From the NCBI RefSeq assembly GCF_964204645.1, contig NC_134028.1:16499653-16563652 (forward strand): 64,000 bases of DNA. Reading direction: 5' to 3'. The position numbers were made by a program, and so were the translations under genes. Shown piece after piece: positions 14,606-25,150 of this stretch. Position 1 is the stretch's first letter, and the number at the start of each line of letters is the position of its first letter. The DNA comes from Tubulanus polymorphus (lineage: Eukaryota > Animalia > Nemertea). The notes under the pieces are model-generated. The model was given only the letters and a program-made list of their open reading frames with translations, searched no databases and was not told where the DNA came from.

Positions 14606-15139
14606 ATGAAATATTTAATATATTTTCTATGGAAGATCATACACCAGAATATAAGCAATTGCTTGAAAAAATGAAAATGATAGAAAATAAAAATGGTGAA
14701 ATAACTAAAAAAGATATTATAAAAACAATTATTCCATCAACATTTAACACACAAGAAAAGAAAATGTATTTATATCTATTATTTAACGATTATTATAAAA
14801 AACCCTAAATTAACAGAAGAAGATATGGAAAATATAAAAGAAACATTCACAAACATATTAAAATATTATGTGGATAATAGAATAACAGATTCAATTAATT
14901 ATGAATTCTTTTTAAATAAGATTGTAAATTTTTTAAACATCGATATTATAATTCCATTTGATGAATTAACGAATAAAAAGAAACAAAGAGAGCGAGATGA
15001 AATGTGGTACAAGATAGAACTTTATTTAAATGAGAAAAATGAAATGGAAGAACCTAAACAAATTATACAAGAACAATTAAATGGAAAAGAAGAAACCAAT
15101 AGTGATTTCGAGTTTGATGATATTAATCCATTTCAATAA
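14606..15139 (+). pseudogene. Polinton hypothetical gene(s), convergent with pPolB
   Basis: AT-rich ORFs 14629-14808 and 14825-15139 inside the TIR-bounded element; no recognisable motif. Confidence 0.45.
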
Positions 15140-18100
15140 CCATAAGGTAATGTTTTTATACCATCATCTAAAATATGCCTTTTATCATCAAATGGATTCA
15201 AGCTAGTCTTTTCAACTTCATTAATGTACATCTCGTGATCTTCTGATCTTAAACAATTCATTTTATGTTTCATTACAATTGAGTTATATAAACACTTTAT
15301 ATAATCTTGAAATTCTATATGTTTATCAACCACATGTTTTGTTTAACTTTTTAGCCTCATGATAGCCTCATTTTCTATAACTGTACATTTTACTTCTTAT
15401 CCCAACAAATTCAATCATTTCATCACCCCCTAATTCATCTTTAAACTTACCAGGAATCTTTTCATTATCATTGCTAAATAGTTCATGATCTTTGGGATAA
15501 TTGCTAAAATCAAAATGATGTTTTATGTTTTTAAGTCTTTTGTTATATCATTTGTCTTGATTTTTAATATGTACGCATCCGTATTGGCCGCAATTAATGG
15601 ATTAATGGAAATCCACAGTTAAATGTTCCATCTTCAGTTGATAAATCATAGACATAATCTGATGGGATATATATTTCAAATAAATCTTTAACTTCTTCAG
15701 TTATTACTTTTTCTGTATGCCTTAGATTAAAACAATTTGGCATAGATTTAATCAATCCAATATTCACATCAAAACCTAATGAACTGCATAATATATGTAA
15801 TCCTGATAAAGCAACTTTTCCTTTTTGTGCAAATGTTATTTCTGGAGAACTCATAAATTTTTTAGCACCATCTGCAGCATAAAATCCAATGAAGAACCAT
15901 TTTCTTAAATTATCTTTTGCATTTAATACATAATCTGGAACTATCTTTTCTTAAGTTGAAGTATTACTTTTAACTATTGCATGAATATAGAATTCGTCTT
16001 TATATTTTATAGCAAAATCTTTAGGGTTATTAACGAGTATTCTATAAACTGCTGATGATTTCATAACATCCATGATTCTAAATGTTTTATGTGAATAAAC
16101 TTCTTTACAGAATTTCTTAATTCTTTCTAATAATTTCAAGTCTTGATTGCAAATAATAATACCAACAATATTTAAAATATATGTAAATAAAAATACCAAC
16201 AATATTTATTACCCCAAACACTATTATACACACCTGCTGAACCATCTCCCATGAAAAATCCTTTGATTAAATATTCTTTTTCTTCCAATGTTTCGGGTTC
16301 TATATTGAAAATATTATCAATTATTTCATTAAATGATATATGATTCCTTCTTTGGAAAAATCTTTTATGTAATAATTCATCTCCAATTTTTATATTAGTT
16401 GGTTTTATTTCATCACCATTTCGTTTAATTAAACTATGATCTTCTGTAACATCTACAAACCCTAATTTAGTTCTAACTCTATAGATTTTCTTATTTGTTT
16501 TATGCCTAATTTTATTCTTAAATTTTTTCCATCCATTTCTTGTCCAAACATCCATTAATTCATTTATTTGTATTAATTCTTTTTCACCATACGAATTATA
16601 ACATTCATTATGTTTTGGAATTATTTCTGAAATTCTTCTAATTAATATCTTACTATTACATTTTAATAATATTGGGTGTCAGCTGTTACAGAATCAAAAT
16701 ATAATATTTCAATATGCTTTTCCCCAAAAAGTGGTTGTAAAACATTATAATAAAAATCATACATAAATAATTTTGATACTTCTAAAACAGTTGAACCAAT
16801 GAATATAGGTTTATTAAATTTCATTGACGTTCTTTTTAATTTAACTGCTGTTAAATAATCTTCAAATCTTTTATTTCCTAAATGTCTAGGACTTGATTGT
16901 AAATGTCTGAATCGTTCCGAATTATTTACTAATTCAATATAACTTCTATTTCTAATATTTTCACATGTTTTACCATAAAAACTATTATTCATTAATTTGA
17001 AGAAATCTTTTTCACAATCTGTTTTTGATATGGTTCTCTGTTGTGTATTAAAATCTATATATTTTTCTAACAACTTCGATTGATTAAATTCAATATATCG
17101 ATGTACTTTCTTTAATTTCATTCCTTGTTTAAGATAAAATTTTAACATTCTATAATGAACAATATAATTGTATTTATTATTTTGAGTAAGTATTAATTTT
17201 TCTGTAAAAACATTTTTTAAGATTTTTTATCTTAAAGTGACTCCAAATATCTAATGTTCTATTAAAAACTTCATCTTTCATATACTCCTCTTTTAATTGA
17301 TCATAAAATTGTTATTTTAATAATTCTGTTTCATTAAAATCATCATGTGTTTTATAAAATGAATAAGGAATTGCGCCTTTATATCTCAATAATTTAAAAT
17401 CTTGTTCATTTGGGTAATAATGTCGAGTTATTACAAAATCATTATCAACTAAACTTTTTGCTAAATTATCTAATGAACTTGCTAGAAATCTATAAGAATC
17501 TAAAAATCTAATGCAACCAAATTAAAATGAAATATAATTTTCGGATGTCTTAGCTAATAGTTTAAAATCATATTTTCTTACATTTGTACCATTCATAGCA
17601 TTATATTCTTCTATTTCTTGGAGAATTGTGCCAAATTTTCCTGATAATTGTTTTATAAATAGATGGGTATCATAGCCCGATAAATTATGAAATAATATTG
17701 GTACGAAATTAACTTTCTTAGCTTGTAAATTACAATCTTCATGAGCAGCTCCACGATATTTTGCATTTAAATGATCATGATCTCTAACTTTTTTATCAAA
17801 TGAATGAAAACGTTTTTCACAGTAACAACAATGAGTTGAGTAATTAAAATAAATTTCATCTTCTTTTGTCATAACTATTCTTTTATTTTTGTTTAATAGT
17901 TTTGCAAAATCACTTTCTAATTCAATTATTTTGTTACAAAAATTATTAACTACATCTTCACCTCTAAAAGGAATATATTGACTTTGATATAATTCAGGAT
18001 AATTTGATTTTATGTAAATTCCATAAGCAGCAGCTCTTTGATGAACTTTTTTAATTGTGTTTATAATTGGTGGATTGAATCATATCTTCATTTAATTCAT

Positions 18101-19682
18101 TTCCTTTATCCATTGATTTTAAAATTTGCTTTTTATTATATATTTCTTTTCTATCTTGATTAGTTAATTCTTTATTCAACGATTCAAAATCCCCATAAAT
18201 TACAAATGGCACTCTATTTTTTAATTTATGATTAGTAAATTTCAATTTATAATCTTTTTCTGTTGGCATTATTAATTTACATAAATCTTTATTATCACAT
18301 AATTCTTTATGTTTTAGTAATGCATTTTCAGTTCTAAGTTTAGATAAACATTTTCAACATAAATATATTTTGCTATGACTGTTGAAATCACTTTCTGTTC
18401 TAAAGAATAAATCAATTTGTTTTAACCACATATAATGTTCATTTTCATCTTTTTTGTAATATAACAAATCTATAAAATTTTCATCGTCATAATGTTTTGT
18501 TAGATATAAAGCTTCTAATGTATAATCTTTAATATTTTCACCTTTTTTCTTTGGTAATTGCATTAATTCGAATACATTTATTTTTAAATCATTATCTTTT
18601 TCTATTTTAGGAATCATTTTTATAGTTACTGGATATTGATCAATTTCATATTTTTTTTCATATTTCTCGTAATTTGTCGTACAACAAACATTTTCCTGAG
18701 TTGGGTGTAAGCGACTAATAATTGACCATAGAAAACATTTATTATCTTTATTTTGAATATTTATTACTGCTTTTGTTGTAAATGGTAATTTAATATAAGA
18801 TGATGCTTTAATATCCTTTTCTGTTGTAAAGTTTGTGTCATTTTTAAACATTGTTTTACTTTTTGATGTTTTAATCATTTTTGTATTATAAACATTTAAA
18901 TCTAAAAATATAATTTCATTCAATGTTAAACCAGAACCCTCAAAATATCTTTCTTCAATATGTCGTTTAAATTCATTAAATATTTTTTCTAACCTCTCTT
19001 TTATTTGCGTTTTTGAAATTATTTCTTCAGAGAGTGTTTGAATATCATAATCCATTTCATCTTCTGACTTTAAAAAACTTACTTTCCCAGAAATACTAAT
19101 TTTTGGATATTCAACATCTGTTACCAAATCTAGTATTTTTTCCATGATTTCAATAAATTTACTATAATCTTCTATTGTTGTACATTTAAAAAATCTAAAT
19201 ATAATAGCTGCAGGACCAATTTTACTACGTAATGTTTCTAATATTTCAATTATATCTTTTATTTCTAGTGAATCGATATAATTTCTAACATTTTCCATGT
19301 AAGGTTTATTTGAAATGGATTTAGTTTTTGAAGTTGATTTTTTTACTTGTTGAGGTTTATCATCAAAATATTCTGATCCTCAAACATTTTTATTTGAATT
19401 TTGATAGTGTTTTTGTGATTCGAGATGTCTTTTATAATTCCTTTTTACTATAAATTCATTACAAACAATACATTTAATTTCATCTTTTTTCATATCATCT
19501 AATCGTTCTTTTCTTTCATTGGAATTTTCTGGAGTTTCAAAATCTATTACATTTTTCATATGATTTGTAGATTTTTCATGACGCGATTTTTGATATTTAT
19601 CAATGTATTTTTTACAATATGTACAATAATATTTATTTTCATAAACATCAATTTGTTGTGTGTGTTGTTCACTCTCTCCCAT
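15133..19682 (-). pseudogene. polB: Protein-primed family B DNA polymerase (pPolB) of Polinton 1, intein-containing, frameshifted, internal deletion near 17215
   Basis: N-terminal C2H2 fingers; SSYIKLP/INIQNKDNKCFLWSI; VIYGDFES (ExoI); RDHDHL..YRGAAH..CNL; FHNLSGYD (ExoII); KLMNNSFYGK (motif B); YFD|intein|TDAY; LNPFDDKR. Confidence 0.93.
15583..16692 (-). mobile_element. Intein with LAGLIDADG homing endonuclease in pPolB motif C (degenerate)
   Basis: Block A SVTADT(P)ILLK; block B VDVTEDHSL; block C LIKGFFMGDGS; block D KIVPDYVLNA; block E FFIGFYAADG; block F YVYDLSTEDGTFNCG; terminal Asn followed by Thr (IAAN|TDAY) once an 8-bp duplication is removed. Confidence 0.92.
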
Positions 19683-19767
19683 TTATAAGGAAAAGAAATC
19701 ACTTGTGATGATGAGTGGTGTCTCGACCTCCGACCTCCATATCTGAAAGCGTCATTTTCCTATTACT
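19608..19767 (-). repeat. Right TIR of Polinton element 1 (contains the pPolB start codon)
   Basis: Inverted match to 9567-9726; the ATG at 19682 lies inside it. Confidence 0.9.
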
Positions 19768-19773
19768 AACATG

Positions 19774-20395
19774 ATCTGTTTGAACTTTGGTGGTATAACA
19801 ACTCTCAATCCCAAAAGTATGCAACCCTGATTCACAGATAATTCATTTCTGCGCCTAAAATAAGGCAAAATATCAGGATCATTGCAGTGATTAGGCCAAC
19901 CATTAAGTATATGTTGTGACATTGTTGGATCTTTTCTTATCTCAGACTCAATGTCTGCAGCATTAATAGGTAACACATTCACATACGTAAAATAATTAAT
20001 ATCCAGTTCCACTGCTTCCATCTCAGCATTAGGATTAGGAATTCCAGACAACATATCACAGTTTTCATGATCTTTACCACTTCTATGCACAATTTCGTAA
20101 TCATATGCCATTAAAGTAAGTGACCTCCTTTGCAGACGCAGAGCTGCCAGGGCCGGAACTCCTGTTTTCGAACCAAAAATTGTTACAAGAGGTTTGTGGT
20201 CAGTGACCAACAGAAACTTTCTACCGTATAGATATTTGTGGAAGTGCTCGACTCCGTAAATGATTGAAAGAGCCTCACGTTCAATTTGGGAGTAATTGCG
20301 TTCTGCAGGAGTCAAACTACGATTACCATATGCTATGGGTTTCTCTGAGCCATCTGGAAACTTTTGAGAAAGAATCGCACCTAAACCATACGGAT
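19774..20395 (-). pseudogene. Gypsy RNase H region, element 1 (continues into integrase at 9566)
   Basis: PYGLGAILSQ...PIAYG; AERNYSQIEREALSIIYGV..FHKYLYGRKFLLVTDHKPL; VVIPPK. Confidence 0.92.
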
Positions 20396-20422
20396 TTAAA
20401 ATATTATTAAAAATTGAAAAGG

Positions 20423-20608
20423 CTATATGTTCAATAGATTTTTATTCGATATATTGTAAAATGAGTTACATAAACTAATATTTACTAATTCTAAATCAAC
20501 ACAATTTCTAAATTCTCTATCTAGTTGTATCAATAAATAATGAGATTTATAATTTTTAAATCTTCTTGAATCAACAAATATTCTATATTCTTTTGATTTA
20601 TCTTGCAT
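20423..20608 (-). pseudogene. 5' part of penton/minor-capsid-like gene
   Basis: KEYRIFVDSRR...LCNSFYNIS is nearly identical to the 58245+ protein. Confidence 0.65.
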
Positions 20609-20625
20609 TTATTTTACGTATTTTT

Positions 20626-20964
20626 TCATTCGAAATCTATATCATGACATCCTCTTTCATTCTTACCTTTGTATATGAAATAGAAATCACCAGAACACAC
20701 TTCTAGATCTTCACTAGATAATCTATGAAATCTATCTGGTAAATTTGGTCTATATTTATATCTATTTCCTTTTAATCCTTCATATTCTAAGTGAATAACT
20801 AATTTATTACCATATCTATTAGTAATTGTTTCAATATTTGTAATTAAATATCTCTTATGTAATGTTAATTCGGTTAACTTTTTGAATTTATAATATACAG
20901 ATTTGACATTTGTAGTATCTTTTATTCTATCTAGGAATTCACTGTGTATTTGTTTACTCTCCAT
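20626..20964 (-). CDS. Small Polinton protein, possibly OB-fold ssDNA-binding (112 aa, open)
   Basis: Homolog of 57875-58230; beta-rich pattern FKKLTEL...YLITNIE...YGNKLVIHL...LPDRF; the fold is an inference. Confidence 0.55.
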   Translation of the reverse strand: MESKQIHSEFLDRIKDTTNVKSVYYKFKKLTELTLHKRYLITNIETITNRYGNKLVIHLEYEGLKGNRYKYRPNLPDRFHRLSSEDLEVCSGDFYFIYKGKNERGCHDIDFE

Positions 20965-22180
20965 TTATTATACATATTTTTTTATTAAAATTGATTTCAT
21001 TGATATTATATTCATTTATATAATGTTCATATTTGTGAATATTATTAGAGTAATAGGGTAAGTGTTGTTTCAGATTAAAGGTTGAAAGGTTGAGTGAGTA
21101 AAAAATAAAAATAAATTCGAGTGTGTATTTATTTTTATCTTTTATGAGCTCGACCTTTCGACTTTTGATCTGACACAAGACTTACCCTATTACTTACGTC
21201 AGGTCGATTTGTTTTATTGTGAGAAATGGCCGGTTATAGTTCAAAAAGACCGACAGGCCAATGGGTATCGCTTTCAAACACTTTTTAATGATAATTGGAC
21301 CGACAACTTCAATGAAAATATATGATGAAGTTTATTTCATTCAAAAAAAACTTATTTCACTGTATGAAAAACGCAGGTAGCCATAACGCGCGCGTCAACA
21401 TGAGCACATATGCTGTCACTGTAGCGTGTGCAGTGTGAGACACTTTGATCTGCCAGCACGCGCTTGCCTCGCGTAGTACATATATGGCTAGACGCCGACT
21501 GTTGCGATGCAATACGTCTGCAGTAAATGAGTAAACGCACGCCACATTGCCATACAACTCGGCGATAATTTCGGTCTTACTGTATGGCTTTCAAGGACAT
21601 TGTCTAGCAACCTTTCAAATTTAAAGACTCCCGCTGACTTTCCCGGCACAAAACAAGGAATTTAAGACCGCTACGGTACCGACCCTTTTGATATTTTTGA
21701 TATTATTGTGATCAACTTCTAGGCCTATCACCATTCAAACCAATATAATGTCAAATAATCTTGAATACAACGTAACCGGATCTATTTTGCAGCGTATTTA
21801 ACCCCATTTATCGTATCTTTCGTTAATTCAATGACTTTAAAAATGGTGCGCTTTGGTTCGCGGTAAACATACACGACACCATGCCGAACCACTCGTAATA
21901 GCTCTCTAAAAATAAGTAACCTATCGTACTACTCGTCTCGTAGTTCATAATTAAACATACCTGTAAATGCTGAAGGTATCGTAGTGAGAAATATCTTCTG
22001 ACACCTGACAAGAACGCCATTTATCGGATTTTGCATACCTTGCACTATATTTTCAATCTGAAAGCATATTGAAACGTAGGTACAAGAGTCAATTTACCTT
22101 ATTATTGTCTCACTGTGAATTCTACTAACATATCGAAGATATACACGCCACACAGTTGGGCTTAACTGTAATCTAGAATC

Positions 22181-22326
22181 CAGGGGCCGGTTGCATGGTC
22201 ATGGCTTAGACTTAAAAGACCAGTCTAAGACCAACTTAGTTCTATAGCCAATCTAACAACTTAAGACCCGTCTTAAAATTTAAGACCACTTTTGGACTTA
22301 AGTCACGACTGTGCAACTGGCCCCTG
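22181..22326. mobile_element. MITE (PIF/Harbinger-like)
   Basis: CAGGGGCCGGTTGCA ... TGCAACTGGCCCCTG terminal inverted repeat, 146 bp, non-coding. Confidence 0.75.
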
Positions 22327-22699
22327 AACCTATTGGAATTTTGAAAATTTGGATGATCATATTCGAACACCAACTAAACGCGATATGATGATTTATCCTT
22401 TACTGCGACACACCACACTACACTCCCAAGTGAGCATGAGTCTTACAAGCCTTACCGTCGAATTACATATATCCATTTCATCCACTACCTTAACTCAGAT
22501 CTAGATAAACCTACTGAACAAATAACACTGCTCGAAGATTTTGCCATGACAATTCTAATGATAAGGTTAACTTATTATGCTAGATAAAATGAATCCCCAA
22601 TACGTGTATAGTTATGAATGAAATCCAACTTAAAGATCAATTAGCGCTTTATTTGTCAAGATGCTTATTTTGAACCCATTCAATAGTTAACTAACCCAT

Positions 22700-23036
22700 A
22701 TTACAGTACAAAATGTTAATTCTAGTATATTAAATATTTTACCTTTGAAGAATGTGAACGAATTTGGAACGCAAATAAAATATTTATAATTTATCAGAAT
22801 GTGATTTTAAACCTTTTATTTCTCAATTTAATAATTTGAAATTAGAAATCATAATGGATATTTGATTGATTTAAATAAATTTCCTGTAATTTATGAATAA
22901 GTTATGAGATGTAAAGATTAATCATTATTTTTTTTATAATAGAAAATATGAATATTAATGTAGGACCGAGTATATCTTTTGGATTTGATTTTAAACATGG
23001 TAAAGAAATGAGAATTAAACATATGTGATGACTGAT
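22700..23036 (+). pseudogene. 3' part of penton-like gene and start of the next gene (Polinton element 3); continues after 30441
   Basis: Nucleotide homology to 58790-59110 (TTTGGAACGCAAATAAA...GTAGGACCGAGTATA). Confidence 0.75.
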
Positions 23037-23446
23037 TTTAACAAAACTAATTGTTCTAACTCGTCTTTTGGGGTAGCTCCAGCTACGATTAAATCCCGAG
23101 TTATGCGACAATGAGAAAGCTAGTAGTTTTCAGCACTAAACGTAGACGATTTTATTATTTAGATTCTCAATCGAGTAGCTTGGGAATTTGCCTGCAAGAT
23201 GTATCAGGCTCCAAGACTCGTCTCAAACTCAACTGCTTGTTCATGGATTTACATTCTATTTATATAATGCTATAAAAGTTGACAGACATGTTTGAGCACA
23301 CAATTAATTACAAAACAAACTGTTATCACAAGTGTCGAATTGACAGATGTCTAACTGATTGTGTCACTAATAATTAATTAATGGTGAATTAAAACAACAG
23401 CGCGAGTTACTGAGGAATACATCTATCCAAACTTTCTATTATTAAA
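23037..23446 (+). repeat. LTR-A (TTTAAC...ATTAAA termini) followed by PBS TGGTGGAGAA (tRNA-Ala-like)
   Basis: Lies between the TSD and a TGG-starting PBS at 23448, just upstream of gag. Confidence 0.65.
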
Positions 23447-23474
23447 ATGGTGGAGAACCCAGCTTCGAATACCG

Positions 23475-24803
23475 ATGCCGCAACCATCTAACAACCGTAC
23501 GATCGTAACAAGACAACAAACGAACCAAGTTCAGCAAAACGTTGCAAACCCATTATTAATTCCGCTATACGAGCCGCCGAGGGATATTCAAAAAATTATA
23601 GTTCACGAGGAGGACGAAGAAGTACATCTGACAGAAATCGACCAGGTAGATAACGATATAGACATTAACGAAAACCTAGAAAATAACATGCCTTATAAAC
23701 TCGAACTTCCAGGTTACGACCACAGTCGGCCTATCAAAAGTTGGCTGAGTGACTTTGACCGTTGGGTCCAAGCGACAAATATACCGCTCGAGCAGCAAAC
23801 CACAGCCCTAATACTGCGTTTATCTAGTTCCGCCAGATCCGCCATAGATGCATTGACTCTCGAACAACAGAACGATTTGGAAACAGTAAAAAACTGCTTG
23901 AAAAATAAATCCAAACCTCTGCAAGACCCAATGAGGGGTCTACATAAGCAACAGGCAGACGAATCCGTACAGGCGTACATGGACCGAGTAGAAAGGGCAG
24001 CTAGCCAGTCAGAATGTACGTTGAATGTGCTATCGAGCAAGCCATAGAATGCCTAAACGACTCTATTAAAACCTTAAGTCGCAACTCACTGCCCTAATAC
24101 ATTTGATAAGTTAAGAAAAATTGCAATGAACGCAGAATCAGCAGCAGAGGGTAAAGTTACCGCGACTTGTAGTCTCACTGCAGCAGTCGACAAACTAACT
24201 AGTCTTTTGGAAAATGTTCAATTAAGACCGGACAATAAGGTGTGTGCGTGTCAAGTAAACGCGATAACGGGAAATCATTTTAATAAAGAACAATATAATA
24301 GTTCCAATAAAAGTGACAACGGATTTAATTATGCGAATGGACAGAATTATCAGAAGCAGCAACAACAACAACAGTCCTGGTCTCCTCAATTCATGCCACA
24401 AACGCAACAGTTTTGGCCGCAGCAGCAGTTTTGGACACCACAACATCAGCCGCAGTTCCAGCAGCCGCATTTCCAGCAGCGGCAGTTCCAGCAGCTGCAG
24501 TCTAGTAGTAGCAGCAGCAGTTCCAGCAGCCCCAGTTACAGCAGCAGCAGTTCCAGCAGCAGCAGTTCCGGCAACAGCACTACAGGGGACACCAGAGGCA
24601 TAGAGGGAACAAAAATAGGAGAAATCAATGGTCGCCGCGGAATGGACATGATAATTCATGTAAACAGGTTCCATTGTGTTACACATGCAATACCCTCGGC
24701 CATATATCTCGAAATTGTCCAAGCTCAGGTCAGAAATAGGGGTGCGAGCCTGTCCAAGAAAATCCAACTATGGACGGGCACTCGAAGGTTGAAGTTGCGT
24801 TAA
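23475..24803 (+). pseudogene. Gypsy gag (frameshifted; Q-rich tract; CCHC zinc knuckle)
   Basis: Capsid-like WLSDFDRW...QQADESVQAY; CYTCNTLGHISRNC in an alternate frame at ~24677-24720; CAG-rich tract 24350-24570. Confidence 0.8.
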
Positions 24804-25150
24804 TGGCGACATTAGAGAAAAATATTTGTGTCGGGGCACAGAATTAACGCATTGCTTGACACAGGTGCTGGTATTTCTTGCATATCATTGTCATGTCTAT
24901 ACAAAACTAAATTTGCTAGTGAAAAATTATCAGCGCCTGAGATAAAAGAAGTAGTTGGCGTGAGTGGAAGTAAGTTGTCAGTCCTAGGTACAGTAAACTT
25001 GCCCTTAATCTTCCCGGGTATAAAAACGCCAGTGGAGCAGAAATTTCATGTATTTCAACATCTTCATCAACCCCTTATACTAGGTTTAGATTTCATAAAG
25101 GAGAAGCAAGTAATAATTGATATACCCATTAAAGTCTTTAGTACGAAGAG
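24804..25150 (+). pseudogene. Gypsy aspartic protease
   Basis: ALLDTGAGISCI ... LILGLDFI. Confidence 0.9.

Larger units (their letters stand above)
9567..19767. mobile_element. Polinton/Maverick element 1 (internally deleted), inserted into Gypsy pol
   Basis: TIRs start AGTAATAGGAAAATGACGC (9567) and end ...TTCCTATTACT (19767); perfect 6-bp TSD AACATG at 9561-9566 and 19768-19773; encodes pPolB. Confidence 0.93.
20396..21194 (-). mobile_element. Terminal fragment of a third related Polinton (element 3)
   Basis: Homologs of 57875-58230 and 58245+; ends ...CCCTATTACT like the element 1 TIR. Confidence 0.8.

Noticed and set aside
15583-16692. Hedgehog-type host Hint domain or group I intron as alternative to an intein
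   Set aside because: In-frame insertion at YFD|TD, terminal Asn plus Thr, and LAGLIDADG motifs between splicing blocks B and F fit a true intein
24222-24767. Ala/Leu-rich antisense ORF and poly-Ser frame
   Set aside because: Alternate frames of the CAG-rich gag tract
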